Positions 17,693-28,991 of a stretch of DNA of 64,000 nt are shown here, in pieces (within the stretch, counting starts at the first letter, position 1; every line of letters starts with the position of its first letter). Location of the stretch: positions 640,001 through 704,000 of the forward strand of contig CAVPQB010000003.1 of the NCBI GenBank assembly GCA_963707505.1, read 5' to 3'. This DNA comes from an uncultured Gemmatimonadales bacterium (lineage in GTDB: Bacteria; Gemmatimonadota; Gemmatimonadetes; Gemmatimonadales; Gemmatimonadaceae). Under the pieces are notes generated by a model that ran no database searches, was not told the origin of the DNA, and worked only from the letters and a program-made list of their open reading frames with translations. Made by a program: the position numbers and the translations under genes.

Positions 17693-19625
17693 GTGTGGAT
17701 TGACTGGTTGCTGGGGCCGTCCCGGGTCGGCCGACACGCTCGAACGCGACGCCGAATGCATGTGCCGCGCCATTCAACATCGAGGCCCGGACGATGGTGG
17801 CGTGTGGACCGATCCTGAGGTCGGAATCGCACTGGGCTTTCGTCGCCTCGCCATCATCGACGTATCACCCGCAGGCCACCAGCCAATGGCGTCGGAAACC
17901 GGACGCTACGTAGTCACTTTCAACGGCGAGATCTACAATTTCGCGGCCATCCGCGCGTCACTCGGCGATACCATCCGCTGGCGTGGTCACTCGGACACCG
18001 AAGTTCTGCTCGCCGCCATCGAGCGGTGGGGACTCAAACCGGCCATCGAGCGATGCTCCGGGATGTTCGCGATCGCCCTCTGGGACCGCCAGGAACACAC
18101 CCTGCACCTCATCCGTGACAGGCTCGGCGAGAAGCCGATGTACTACGGCTCGTTCGATGGCACACTGCTCTTCGGCTCCGAGCTCAAGGCGCTTCGTGCC
18201 CATCCTGCCTGGCGCGGCACCATCGACCGGGCTGCCCTCTCGTTGTATCTCCGTCACAATTATGTCCCTGCGCCATACTCCATCTACGAGAATGTCCGCA
18301 AGGTCGTGCCGGGTACCATCGCCACCTTCCGCGATCCGGCCGCCGAGCCGGAGATGACGACTTACTGGTCCGCGCTGGATGTCGCCGAGCGCGGGGTGCG
18401 AGATCCCCTCTCGGGCGACGACGCAGAATCCGTCACGCAGCTCGAATCGCTCATGCGTCGCGTGATCGGAGACGAGATGGTCTCCGACGTGCCACTCGGC
18501 GCGTTTCTCTCCGGAGGTGTCGATTCGTCGGCGCTCGTTGCAGTGATGCAGGCGGACAGCACCCAGCCAGTCAAGACGTTCACCATCGGTTTCGACGAGG
18601 CCGCGCACAACGAAGCACCGCACGCCGAGGCTGTGGCGAAGCACCTCGGCACGCAACACACGGAGTTGTACGTCACACCGCAGGACGCGATGGACGTGAT
18701 TCCGCGGCTGCCGCAGATCTACGACGAGCCGTTCGCGGACTCATCGCAGATCCCCACGTTTCTGGTCGCGCAGCTCGCACGCCAGTACGTCACGGTCAGT
18801 CTTTCCGGAGAGGGCGGCGACGAGCTGTTCGCGGGATACAACAGGTACTTCTGGGGTGAGCGCCTCTGGCGCCGGCTCGAGCGCGTGCCGCGCGCCGCAC
18901 GCTCGATGGTCGGACGCACGCTGCTTGGGGTTTCACCTGCGAGTTGGGACTCGGCGTTCGATGCAGCATCACCAATCCTGCCAAAGCGCTTTCACACCGC
19001 TACACCGGGTGGCAAGGTTCACAAGGTCGCTGCATTCATGTCGGCCGATTCATCTGACGAGTTGTATCGCGGTCTGATGACCCACTGGCGCGACCCGGAA
19101 GCGATCACGTCGGCCGCTGAGCCCGAAACAGTGCTGACCCGTACTGCGGATCATCCGTCATTCGGCGGAGTCGTGAACAGGATGCGATACTTCGACACGG
19201 TGAGTGAGCTACCGGACGACATTCTCGTCAAGGTCGATCGCGCGACAATGGCCGTCAGCCTCGAGTCGCGCGCGCCGTTTCTTCATCCCGACATCGTCGA
19301 ATTCGCGTGGCGCATTCCGCCGTCGCAGCAAGTGCGCGATGGCCAGGGCAAGTGGCTGTTGCGGCAGGTGCTCTACAAGTACGTGCCGCGAGAGCTGATA
19401 GAGCGCCCCAAGATGGGCTTCGGCGTGCCGATCGCAAGCTGGCTGCGCGGTCCACTGCGCGAATGGGCCGACGCTCTCATTGCGGACGATCGCCTGCGCC
19501 GCGAAGGATATCTCGCGCCTGCGTTGATCCGTCAGGCATGGGACGATCATCAGGCGGGCGTTACCGACAACTCCCACCTGCTCTGGGGAGTGCTGATGTT
19601 CCAGGCATGGTTGGAGACACAGTAG
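17691..19625 (+). CDS. asnB: asparagine synthase (glutamine-hydrolysing) family amidotransferase
   Basis: N-terminal MCG, HRGPD, RRLAIID, FNGEIYN, RDRLGEKP, FLSGGVDSS, LSGEGGDELFAGY and KVDRATMAVSLESRAPFL. Confidence 0.93.
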   Translation: MCGLTGCWGRPGSADTLERDAECMCRAIQHRGPDDGGVWTDPEVGIALGFRRLAIIDVSPAGHQPMASETGRYVVTFNGEIYNFAAIRASLGDTIRWRGHSDTEVLLAAIERWGLKPAIERCSGMFAIALWDRQEHTLHLIRDRLGEKPMYYGSFDGTLLFGSELKALRAHPAWRGTIDRAALSLYLRHNYVPAPYSIYENVRKVVPGTIATFRDPAAEPEMTTYWSALDVAERGVRDPLSGDDAESVTQLESLMRRVIGDEMVSDVPLGAFLSGGVDSSALVAVMQADSTQPVKTFTIGFDEAAHNEAPHAEAVAKHLGTQHTELYVTPQDAMDVIPRLPQIYDEPFADSSQIPTFLVAQLARQYVTVSLSGEGGDELFAGYNRYFWGERLWRRLERVPRAARSMVGRTLLGVSPASWDSAFDAASPILPKRFHTATPGGKVHKVAAFMSADSSDELYRGLMTHWRDPEAITSAAEPETVLTRTADHPSFGGVVNRMRYFDTVSELPDDILVKVDRATMAVSLESRAPFLHPDIVEFAWRIPPSQQVRDGQGKWLLRQVLYKYVPRELIERPKMGFGVPIASWLRGPLREWADALIADDRLRREGYLAPALIRQAWDDHQAGVTDNSHLLWGVLMFQAWLETQ

Positions 19626-19638
19626 CCCACGCCCCCTC

Positions 19639-19670
19639 TTCGTCATTCCCGCGAAAGCGGGAATGACGAA
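19639..19670. repeat. ATTCCC-N8-GGGAAT REP-like palindrome between convergent genes
   Basis: TTCGTCATTCCCGC-GAAA-GCGGGAATGACGAA, a perfect 14-bp stem; same core as 39876-39945. Confidence 0.8.
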
Positions 19671-19700
19671 CTACCGGCCGCGTTGCGGTGGTGCCGAGGC

Positions 19701-20372
19701 TTATGCCCCCGGCGCCGCCGGTAGCGAATTATTGAGCGGGAGCGCGATGTTCTCCGCGAAGCGCGCCGCAAGCGAGTCTGGCGAAAGTCCCGTGTTCGCA
19801 ACCGCCGCGGTATCGCCCTTTACGAGTGGAACGATGATGCGCACGAGAGCTTCCTCGTCGCGATGCGTCATCAGAGCATCCCACATCGCTCGCATCTTCA
19901 GATCTCCCTGCCCCGCGGTAATTCTTCCGCGACCCTGAAACCAGTAGTAGACCAGGATTCGACTCGGGCCGTTCGCCAGTATGAACCGGTTTACCTCGAC
20001 CGGCTTTCCCCCGATCGGGATCGTGACCATCTGCTCGCCGACCGGCGTCCAACCTGATCCGGGAAGACACAGCGAAGGGGAATGCATTCGCTTGTCGCCC
20101 TGCTGCGTTGCATGATAGCCGACGTACAGACTGACCCCTTCGTTTGCGCTGAGCATGTAAACGCGATTCACATAGTCGGACACGCCCGATTTGCTCACCT
20201 CGTCTGCACCGATGGCAACGTCGCTGTACGCGGCACCCATGAACGATGCCGGGAGCGCCGCAGCCAGCGGCTTGCGTAGTGGCGTGGGTTGCGGCGTGCC
20301 CACGAGCAGCGTCACCGCGGTTCCCGCTGCAAGCGCTCCCGCGGGAAGAAATTTCGCTACCAGCTCAAGCAT
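19701..20372 (-). CDS. epsI: EpsI family exosortase-associated protein
   Basis: SLYVGYH, HSPSLCLPGSGW, VYYWFQGRGR and ALVRI; coupled to the exosortase; GGAGG RBS. Confidence 0.9.
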   Translation of the reverse strand: MLELVAKFLPAGALAAGTAVTLLVGTPQPTPLRKPLAAALPASFMGAAYSDVAIGADEVSKSGVSDYVNRVYMLSANEGVSLYVGYHATQQGDKRMHSPSLCLPGSGWTPVGEQMVTIPIGGKPVEVNRFILANGPSRILVYYWFQGRGRITAGQGDLKMRAMWDALMTHRDEEALVRIIVPLVKGDTAAVANTGLSPDSLAARFAENIALPLNNSLPAAPGA

Positions 20373-21237
20373 TCGACCTGCCTCCAAAACGACTTTCGAC
20401 GCGGAGGAAGCCCCACGTCAGCAGCGCCAGTATCGATAGTGAGATCAGGAACAGCAGATACCCTTCCGTGAGATGCATGAATCCCTCGCCGAGCTTCGGA
20501 TCTACGAAGAAGACGAGGAATCCTGTCATGAAAATTCTGATTCCGTTGACGAAGATCGCGAGACCGACGGCGAGCGCTACCATGAGGATTCTGCTCACCG
20601 GGTATTTCAGAAATAGCGCACCGACCAGAATCGCCATGCTGAGAAGTGCAGTGAGCGAGCGCAATCCGCTGCACGCCTCACTCACGAACAACGTGTGACC
20701 TGGAAGTCGGATGACGTTGCCGGAAAGCAGCACGGGGATGTGCCGCCACGACAGCATCGCCGCACCCATTTTCGCTGCGATTTCCTGAAGCGGCAGCGTC
20801 ATCGACGCGATGATCGATTCTGGCAGTGGAATGGTCAGCGCGACGAGAAGGAACGGAAGCCACCAGGCCATGATCTGGCGCCAACCCGCGAACCACAGCG
20901 TCAATCCCACGAGCGCCATCAACAGTGCGGCGCGTGGAATTGTCTCGACACCCGCAACGCGCCCGAACAGGTTGGCGAACACGGCGACGAGGATGAGGAT
21001 CGCGCCGGCCCATCGCGCCGGCTGGGAGTCCGCGATGACACCGGACTTCCACGCCAGCCAGACCGCGACCGGCGCGATCAGAATGCCGTGCGCGGCGTCG
21101 GGAATCGTGAGCCATGCCACGATGAGGCCGTAGATCACAGGGGCAAAACAGGCGACGAACAATGCCGACGTCACCCACCCGAGCGGCGCACCCTTGATCC
21201 TCGTACCGATTGCAGGGATGCTCAGGGCGATGGTCAT
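20365..21237 (-). CDS. exosortase (EpsH/XrtA-like)
   Basis: About eight TM helices; HGILIAPV, IPLP, PLQ; catalytic triad ACSGLRS (C), NGIRI (R) and FMHLTEG (H). Confidence 0.93.
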   Translation of the reverse strand: MTIALSIPAIGTRIKGAPLGWVTSALFVACFAPVIYGLIVAWLTIPDAAHGILIAPVAVWLAWKSGVIADSQPARWAGAILILVAVFANLFGRVAGVETIPRAALLMALVGLTLWFAGWRQIMAWWLPFLLVALTIPLPESIIASMTLPLQEIAAKMGAAMLSWRHIPVLLSGNVIRLPGHTLFVSEACSGLRSLTALLSMAILVGALFLKYPVSRILMVALAVGLAIFVNGIRIFMTGFLVFFVDPKLGEGFMHLTEGYLLFLISLSILALLTWGFLRVESRFGGRSNA

Positions 21238-21330
21238 GACTGACTCATCCGCACAGATCCGCCGATATTATTTGTTGTAGAATGCATATGCACGTAGTAT
21301 GTTCGCTGGCACTCCAACCTCTCTTTCCGC

Positions 21331-21852
21331 ATGGAAACAAACAAGCCACTGGCCCGCGCGGGGTACGTTCTGGCCGCCCTTCTGGTCCTCACTCCCCTCT
21401 TCGACCTTACCGCACAGCTTCTGCCACTTCGGCTCAGCGACGAGCGCTGGCGCTTCGGGGCAGTCGGCCAACTGAGCAACACTTTGTTGGTGCCCCTGCT
21501 CGGGCTGATGCTCGTAATTGCGATCGCGACGCTCACGGACAGTAGACGAGTCAAAAGAGTGATCGGCGCAATCTGCGCCATTCTGGCGCTTGCAATGGCA
21601 GTTCTCTCGGTGCTCTTCATCCTTGATTACTTCCAGGTCCGAACAATTGTTACACCAAAGTTCCAGCATGCGACGGCCGTGGCCAGCACGACAGCGATGA
21701 TAAAGAACGTCTTCACCATCATCACCCTGTGCCTCTTGAGTCGAGCTGGCTTTGCTGGCCCGAAAGCGACCGTGGTCAGGAAGGTCGCTCCACCGTCCGA
21801 GCCATCGTCAACGCCTCTGATTCCGCTGACCGGCGCTGCGAGAGCTGAGTAA
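21331..21852 (+). CDS. hypothetical 4-TM membrane protein
   Basis: Four hydrophobic helices and a WRFGAVG motif; divergent from the exosortase. Confidence 0.7.
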   Translation: METNKPLARAGYVLAALLVLTPLFDLTAQLLPLRLSDERWRFGAVGQLSNTLLVPLLGLMLVIAIATLTDSRRVKRVIGAICAILALAMAVLSVLFILDYFQVRTIVTPKFQHATAVASTTAMIKNVFTIITLCLLSRAGFAGPKATVVRKVAPPSEPSSTPLIPLTGAARAE

Positions 21853-22834
21853 ACAAATGATTCGGGGCGTTGTCGAGCGCCCCGAATCCCTTCAGCTCCC
21901 TTACTAGATATAACGGGCGCTGCTTCACCTCATCATAGATCCGGCCGACATACTCGCCGACCACGCCGAGTACTGTGAGCTGAACCCCGCCGATGAACGA
22001 CATCAGCACCGTGATCGAGGCCCAGCCGGATATCGCGTACATGCCGGACAGCTTGATGACGATCGCTCCGATTCCGGCCACGAACGAAAAGATCGAGACG
22101 AGAAAGCCGATCTGGAGCACCATCCTGAGCGGCGCCGTCGAGAAGCTGATGATGCCGTCGAAAGCCAGCCGCACGAGCTTGGAGAGGGGCCATTTGGTGG
22201 TTCCGGCAAATCGCCCTGGCCGTACGTACGAGACGCCTATCTGCTTGAACCCGATCCAGCCGAACATCCCGCGCACGTAGCGGTTCCGCTCGCGCATCGA
22301 TCTGAAAGCATCGAGCGCACGCCGATCCACCAGCCGGAAGTCGCCGACGTCGAGCGGAACGTCCACGTCGCTGATGCGACGGAGGGTCCGGTAGAACAGT
22401 CTCGATGACTGCCGCTTGAACCAGGTCTCGTTGATGCGACGGTCGCGCTTCGCGTAGACCATGTCGTAGCCCTCGCGCCAGCGGGCAGCCATCTCGACCA
22501 CCAGCTCCGGCGGGTCCTGCAGATCGGCATCCAGGAGCACTACGGCCTCCCCTGTCGCCAGGTCGAGACCGGCGCTGACGGCAACTTCCTTACCGAAATT
22601 CCTCGAGAAGTGAACGGCCTTGAAACGCGGATCCAGAGCGTTGAGCTCCAGCATCAGCGGATAACTGTTGTCACGGCTTCCGTCGTCCACCAGCACCGCC
22701 TCGGACGGTCCGTCGAGCGTGTCCATCACCGCAACCAGTCTCCGGTGGAGCTCTGGCAGGACCTCTTCCTCGTTATAGACCGGAATGACGAAGGAATAGG
22801 TGGGATTCTGCTCGTTCTGGGACGGGACGCTCAT
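21776..22834 (-). CDS. GT2 polyprenol-phosphate glycosyltransferase (GtrB/ArnC-like)
   Basis: IPVYNEE, VDDGSRD, FSRNFGKE, LDADLQDPPE and GDFRL; two C-terminal TM helices. Confidence 0.92.
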   Translation of the reverse strand: MSVPSQNEQNPTYSFVIPVYNEEEVLPELHRRLVAVMDTLDGPSEAVLVDDGSRDNSYPLMLELNALDPRFKAVHFSRNFGKEVAVSAGLDLATGEAVVLLDADLQDPPELVVEMAARWREGYDMVYAKRDRRINETWFKRQSSRLFYRTLRRISDVDVPLDVGDFRLVDRRALDAFRSMRERNRYVRGMFGWIGFKQIGVSYVRPGRFAGTTKWPLSKLVRLAFDGIISFSTAPLRMVLQIGFLVSIFSFVAGIGAIVIKLSGMYAISGWASITVLMSFIGGVQLTVLGVVGEYVGRIYDEVKQRPLYLVRELKGFGALDNAPNHLFTQLSQRRSAESEALTMARTVERPS

Positions 22835-24238
22835 TCTCCGATGGTGCAGCGCCACAGGTCGACGCGGTAAATACGATAATCCAGACGCGGGCGCTGATAC
22901 TCGCTCTTCTTGCGACAGTTCTGCCAGAACCACCGTGTCATTTCCCCAGTATCGTCACCAACCATGCCGTATCGCTTGACGGAAGCGATCGCCCACAGGT
23001 CCCGGTATTCATGCAGCGCCGAGTCCAGACCTGCAACGCTGCTCGGCATCTCGCGGCTGTGAAGGGCGGGATCATATGCGCGCTGGATCGCGACCGGCCA
23101 CGCCAGCACCTCGATGGACGGGGCGATCGCGTTGATCTCACTCAACGCCGGCCTGTAGTCGAACCGCGTACCGTCGGAAAGATGTGAAGCTGTGGATGGC
23201 AGGATGCCGATGACCAGAATCCACGCCACCGCGTTGGAGCCTGCCGAGGCAAACGCCGGGCTGAGGTGCTCCGCCAACCACCCGACCGGATATGCAGCGG
23301 CAACGATCAGCAACGGCAGTGCTGAGACTCCGTAATCGGCGTAGATCGCAGTGCTGAACGACAGTGCGACGAGGGCAAGAAGAGTACAGACACATCCCAG
23401 GACCGCCATCCAGCCGAACCTTTGCTTCTCGGCGGACCCGGACACGAATCATCAGTACGATTCCTGCCACCGCGGACGCGGCTACGAGCACCGTCATCCA
23501 GTCGACCATGGCGGGCACCAGGCGCAGCATCGCAGGCACCCCGCGGTCTCCGCCGTTCCCCACGGTGGTGACGTGGTGGATCATCCGGATGATCGCCGCG
23601 ACGATGACCGAGAACCCGAGGAACGGTCCCCACAGCCAGAGCCACGCGGTCCGCGTCGGCCAGCGAAAACGCGTGCTTCCGTCGGGCTGGAAGATCGAGA
23701 CAGCCAGCGCCGCCCCGATTATCGGAAAGACGAAGCTCGGATGGGTCCATGCTCCGATGAACAGAGCCGCGAGCACACCGAGATATACTTTGGGCCGGTC
23801 GGTCTCATAGGCCATCGGCAGGCGCCAGTAGACCAGCGCGGCCAGCAGATAGAGCAGCGAGTAGTAGCGCCCGAACCCAGAGACGTAGAGGTGCCAGGGC
23901 GAGATTGCAACCAGCGTCAGTGCGACAAAGCCGGTCACCGGCCCCGCCAGGTCGCGCGCGAGGCGCCAGGTCACCCAAACCCCCGCCACGCCGAACAGGA
24001 GGGGAAGGAAACGTACGAAGGGCTCCGTGGGCGCGGCCAACTTCAAGAACGGATGTTCGAGAAGAAAAAAGAAAGGTCTGGCCTGGATTCCGGGGAGGAG
24101 GCGGGTGTGGAAGAGGTTCGTCGCCTCGTCTATGGTGTAGAGTTCATCCTGCTCGAACGGAAAGCGGAAAACCTCGTACACCCTTAGCAAAACAGCCACG
24201 ATCATGACGGCTGTGACGGCTGCTCTTTCTCGCTTCAA
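22831..24238 (-). CDS. GT-C fold membrane glycosyltransferase (ArnT/PMT-like), frameshift near 23444
   Basis: EQDELYT, P..F, RFLPLLFGV, SPWHLYVS...RYY. Joins track ORFs 23138-24310 and 22831-23445; TTG start after GAGGAG. Confidence 0.75.
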
Positions 24239-24351
24239 GACTTGGCCTTCTCCTCGGCTGGGGCGTCGGCAAAATTTAACGCCGATGCGCGGCACGCATT
24301 TTCCTTGCAAAGTGATCGGCGGCTCCCTCCGATACTTGAGTATCTAGATAC

Positions 24352-25731
24352 ATGCAACGACAACCGGCTTCCATTCAACCGCACGCGCCCGCCAGAAGGC
24401 GCCGTTACAAACCTGACGCGCTCATGTACGTCACGGTGGCGTTTCTGTGGATTTCCGTGTGGCGTTTTCAGGATCTGTGGCCGATCATCGGCACCCTGCA
24501 GGTCCCGATACTGCTCGAGCTGTCGCTGGCCGTCGCACTCGCCGTGAGCTTGCGGGGAGCGAGGAATCCCAAGTGGCTCAAGTCCAGAATGTTCGCGATT
24601 CCATTTCTGATGCTCGCGCTCATGCTCGTTGGACTCCCCTTGAGCCTCTGGCGCGGGTGGAGCTTTACGTTCATCACCAAGGTGTTCATGCCAACGCTCC
24701 TGCTCATGGTTGGAGTCGCGGCAAGCATTCGGGACGCGGACGATGCTAACTGGATCGCGTTCGCACACCTCATAGGTGCGGACGTCTACTCGCTCTACAC
24801 GTATCTCTTCGTCGCGATCGGGTCCGATGGACGTCTGAGCGGCGGAGCGCACTACGACGCGAACGACCTGGCCTTGATGCTTGTGGCCACAATACCCATA
24901 GCGATCTACTTTCTGCGACCTGGCGTTGCCATCTGGAAGCGGCTGTTCGCACTGCTTTCTCTCGGACTTCTCATCGAGCTGATAATCAAGAGCGGATCCC
25001 GCGGCGGGTTCATCGCACTCATCTGCGTCGCGATATTCATCCTCGTCGCATTCCGTTCAATCCCGGTCAGGGTCCGCGTAGGCTCGGTAGCAGCAGCGGC
25101 TTTGCTCATGACGGTGTTCGGATCGGCAGCGTACTGGCAGATGATGCAGACGCTCACGAACCCGAAGGATGACTACAACATGACGTCTCCTGTGGGACGA
25201 AAGGCGATCTGGAAGCGGGGTGTTGGTTACATGCTGACCCACCCGTTGATCGGGACCGGCGCCAATACGTTCGAGCAGGCAGAGGGAAGTCTGTCAGCGA
25301 TTTCGCGACAGTATGCGGCAGAGAATCGTGGCCTCAAATGGTCGACCGCTCACAACTCCTTTGTACTGATCGGAACGGAGCTGGGCGTCACCGGACTGAT
25401 GCTGTTCGTGACGCTGATCGGAACCGCACTCAAACATCTGGCAGAGATCAGGGCCGGCCCCACTGGCGATCCAGACGTAACACCCGAGGACGCTGCGTTT
25501 TCGCAGGCTCTCACCGGCGCGCTGATAGGCTTCTGCGTCGCAGGGTTCTTCGTTTCGGCGACTTACTTTTCGTTCTTCTACGTTCTCATCGGTATGGTGG
25601 TCGCCGAGGATTCGTTCCGCGCTCGACGCCGGGCGCGCCGGGGAACGACGGTCGCCGTCAGTGCAACGCCTGCGACGAAAACACGCGTCGCCCAGCGGGT
25701 CCCTCGTACCCACTGGGTTCCCGCCGGTTGA
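24352..25731 (+). CDS. O-antigen ligase / Wzy-like polymerase
   Basis: About 11 TM helices; GR...YDANDLA, SGSRGGFI, RKAIW, HPLIGTG and AHNSF. Confidence 0.88.
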   Translation: MQRQPASIQPHAPARRRRYKPDALMYVTVAFLWISVWRFQDLWPIIGTLQVPILLELSLAVALAVSLRGARNPKWLKSRMFAIPFLMLALMLVGLPLSLWRGWSFTFITKVFMPTLLLMVGVAASIRDADDANWIAFAHLIGADVYSLYTYLFVAIGSDGRLSGGAHYDANDLALMLVATIPIAIYFLRPGVAIWKRLFALLSLGLLIELIIKSGSRGGFIALICVAIFILVAFRSIPVRVRVGSVAAAALLMTVFGSAAYWQMMQTLTNPKDDYNMTSPVGRKAIWKRGVGYMLTHPLIGTGANTFEQAEGSLSAISRQYAAENRGLKWSTAHNSFVLIGTELGVTGLMLFVTLIGTALKHLAEIRAGPTGDPDVTPEDAAFSQALTGALIGFCVAGFFVSATYFSFFYVLIGMVVAEDSFRARRRARRGTTVAVSATPATKTRVAQRVPRTHWVPAG

Positions 25732-26649
25732 GCGCGATTAGCGGCGGCGTCAAGCGCGTCGTCGAGACTGCGCTCGTCTTCAGCGGCGGCGCATCCTTCT
25801 CGCGCCGCGCACATTCCGAGCACTTGCTCGTACTGGCGTATCACAACATCGTCCCATCCGGAATGGACGTCGTTGGCGATCGGTCTCTGCACCTGCGCCA
25901 ATCGGCATTCGCCGCGCAGCTCGACGCGCTGACGCGCACTCATGATGTGATACCGCTTGCTGCGGCGATGTCCGAGATACCGACACGGCAGTCGCGCCCG
26001 CTTGCAGTCATCACGTTCGACGACGCATACTCGGGCGCCATTACTGCCGGAGTCAAGGAGTTGCGTGCGCGAAACCTGCCTGCAACGGTGTTCATCACGC
26101 CATCTTTCCTCGATGGCCGGTCATTCTGGTGGGACATCCTTGCAGATCCACGACGTGGGCTCGACCCTCGTATTCGCGAGCGCGCACTGTCCGAAGGCCG
26201 CGGCCTGAATACGGAGGTCCTCGCAATGGCAGCGCAGATGGGACTTCCGGCGCACGCAGATGCCGCCGCATGCGCGGGGTGCATCGACCGAGCAGTTGAA
26301 CGCGGCGCTGCAGTACGAAAGGATCACCTTTGGGTCACACACCTGGAGTCATCCAAACCTCGTTGCGCTCCCCGATGCCGAGCTTGCCGAGCAGCTCCAG
26401 CGTACTCGCACCTGGCTCCAATGCTTCGGAGAGCGGTCGCTTCCGATGGTGTCGTATCCGTACGGGCTCGCGGATGGACGCGTGCAGAATGCCGCGCGTG
26501 ACGCTGGTTACACGGCGGCGTTCATGATCGAAGGAGGATGGACCGTTGCCGCACCCAGCGACACTTTCACCATACCGCGTCTGAATGTACCGGCCGGCGT
26601 GTCCACCAACGGATTCATCCTTCGCGCCGCGGGTCTCATACAGGGGTGA
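25728..26649 (+). CDS. NodB-type polysaccharide deacetylase (frameshift near 26258)
   Basis: VLAYH, ITFDDAY, ATVFI and FWWD in one frame; FGSHTWSHPNL, SYPYG and IPRL in the next frame. Confidence 0.82.
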
Positions 26650-27854
26650 CTGCAAATAATCAGCGCCGTCGCAACATCCTCGTGACGGACGGCGAACAAC
26701 GTGCGACGCTTGCAGTGGTCCGATCACTCGGCGCCGCTGGCCACGTCGTTCACGTGTCTGCGTCGGCACGGCGCTCGCTCGCCGCAGCATCGCGCTTCGC
26801 GCGCACCGAGCACGTCGTCCCGGATGCGCTCGCAGATCCAGATCGCTTCGCCGACGAGATTCACACCATCGTCGCAAGCAACGGCATCGACACGATCATT
26901 CCGATGACGGAGCCTGCACTTCTTGCGCTCCTTCCGGCACGTGAGCGTTTCGATGGTGTGCTGATCCCATTTGCGGACGCTGATACGTTCACCGGGATTT
27001 CCGACAAGCAGGCCGTACTCGCTGCCGCGAGTAGAGTCGGTATCGCGGTGCCCGCGCAGGATGTGATCGCCGATGCGCGAGCTGCAGAATCCGTGGATAT
27101 CTCATCGCTTCGCTATCCGCTCGTCGTCAAGCCGGCGCGCTCCGTTTCCACAGGATCGGACGACCGGCTCAAGCTGTCCGTGCAGCATGCTGCCTCCGCG
27201 CAGGAGCTGCGCGCGGAGCTCGACGATATGGACGCGCGGGCATACCCGTTGTTGCTGCAACAACGAATAGTAGGTCCTGGCATCGGGATCTTCGTACTTG
27301 TCTGGGACGGAAAGCTCGTCGCGCAATTTGCTCACCGTAGAATTCGCGAGAAGCCTCCCGCCGGCGGTATCAGCGTCTATCGCGAGAGCGTCGCGGTCGA
27401 TGCCGAGCTGCTGCGCATGTCTCTGGCACTTCTCGCTGAGTTCGCCTGGCAGGGAGTGGCGATGGTCGAGTACAAGCTGGACGAGAGCACCGGCCAGCCA
27501 TACCTCATGGAAATCAACGGTCGCTTCTGGGGCTCATTGCAGCTCGCCATAGATTCCGGCGTGGATTTCCCAAACCTGCTCATGGCAGCAGCCACCGAAC
27601 AGCAGCCCAAACCGGTCAGTCAGTTTCGGACTGGCGTGCGCTCGCGCTGGTTCTGGGGCGACGTGGACCATCTGCTCACACGCCTCCGCAGATCTGACGA
27701 AGAGCTATCGTTGCCGAGCGGCTCACCGTCACGATGGGCAGCCGCAAAGGCATTTTTCGCACATCATCCCGGCGACGTAAGCGAGATCCGTCGTCGCGAC
27801 GACATGCGTCCCTTCCTGCGCGAATCAGTGCAGTGGTTTCAGCAACTCCTCTGA
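26646..27854 (+). CDS. ATP-grasp ligase
   Basis: LVTDGEQRATLAVVRSLG, DK, YPLVVKP, LLQQRIVGPG, HRRIREKPPAGG, GVAMVEYK and MEINGRFWGSL. Confidence 0.88.
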   Translation: MTANNQRRRNILVTDGEQRATLAVVRSLGAAGHVVHVSASARRSLAAASRFARTEHVVPDALADPDRFADEIHTIVASNGIDTIIPMTEPALLALLPARERFDGVLIPFADADTFTGISDKQAVLAAASRVGIAVPAQDVIADARAAESVDISSLRYPLVVKPARSVSTGSDDRLKLSVQHAASAQELRAELDDMDARAYPLLLQQRIVGPGIGIFVLVWDGKLVAQFAHRRIREKPPAGGISVYRESVAVDAELLRMSLALLAEFAWQGVAMVEYKLDESTGQPYLMEINGRFWGSLQLAIDSGVDFPNLLMAAATEQQPKPVSQFRTGVRSRWFWGDVDHLLTRLRRSDEELSLPSGSPSRWAAAKAFFAHHPGDVSEIRRRDDMRPFLRESVQWFQQLL

Positions 27855-28991
27855 TGCCAGCACACAAGATCCGCGTCGTGCATGTCGTCAACAATCTCAA
27901 CTACGGCGGCATGGAGCGCCTCGTCGCTGAGATGGTGCAACGCACAGACCCGACGCGCTTCGAGCTGCACGTGCTCGCGCTCGGATACATGGGCCACTTC
28001 GGCGAGGGGCTCGATGGCCTGGCGACGCTCCACGTCGCGGATCCAATGCCGAGCTGGTCGATGCTGCACCCGCGTGGACTCGCTCGCCAGTTCGAGACGA
28101 TCGATCCGGATGTTGCGCATCTGCACAGTGGCGTACTGTACAAGGCGAGCCTCGCCGCCTCCATGGCCGGCGTGCCGTATCAGATCTACACCGACCACGG
28201 ACGCCAGAATCCGGATCCGTGGACGCATCGCATGATCGACAAACGCGCCGCGCGCCGCGTCGATGCAATAGTTGCGGTATCCGATCGGCTCAAACAGCAT
28301 CTCGTCGGGTTCATGCCGGATGCGTCGCGCATCAGCGTCATCCCGAACGGCGTCGATACCGAGCGGTACATACCGCGTGACGACGATGGAGATTTTCGGA
28401 GCGAGATCGGAATAGCCGCCCGACGTCCCTGTAATCGGAAGTGTTGGCAGGCTCGAGACGATCAAGGGTTATGGCGTGATGATCGAGGCATTCGCACGGT
28501 TGCGCGCGAACTGGACTGCCACGCCGCAACCCGTTCTCGTTCTCGTCGGTGACGGCAGCGAGCGGAAGCTGCTCGAGCAGTCCGCGGCCGCTTCAGGCGT
28601 TGCCGACTCCGTACACTTTCTGGGATGGCGCAGCGACATCGAACGAATCGCGCGCTCGTTCACGCTGTTCAGCATGTCGTCGCACAGCGAAGGCACCTCT
28701 GTATCGCTCCTCGAAGCGATGAGCTCCGGATTGTGCCCGGTCGTCACCAGCGTGGGAGGAAACGCGGCAGTGCTCGGCGACGACCTGAAACATCGCCTCG
28801 TTCCCGCGGCCGACCCCGATGCACTGGCACGGGCGCTTGCAGAAGCTCTGCGCAATCCCGAGCAGCTTGGGCGCGACGCACGGACCGCGCGCGAGCGCGT
28901 GCTGCAGCAATTCGGTCTGGATGCGATGGTGAGCAGCTACGAAGCGCTGTACAGCAGGGCAACTGGTTCAGCCAGAGCCAAGCATGACTGA
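27854..28991 (+). CDS. glycosyltransferase family 4 (frameshift near 28420)
   Basis: GGMER, TDHG and VIPNGVD; after the shift SVGRLETIKG, VGDG and SEGTSVSLLEAMS. Confidence 0.85.

Noticed and set aside
15755..17773. 672-aa acyltransferase/PEP-CTERM fusion ORF
   Set aside because: The PEP-CTERM part has its own GGAGG RBS and signal peptide at 16183. The linker looks non-coding, and a 1-nt shift near 16477 gives a natural stop at 16318.
24287..24302. Sigma-54 promoter upstream of the ligase-like gene (CGGCACGCATTTTCC)
   Set aside because: The -24 element is good but the -12 position reads CC rather than GC.
26646..27854. RiPP (graspetide or lasso peptide) cluster suggested by ATP-grasp and AsnB-like genes
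   Set aside because: No precursor peptide or leader peptidase is seen, AsnB has a full glutaminase domain, and the neighbours are glycosyltransferases.
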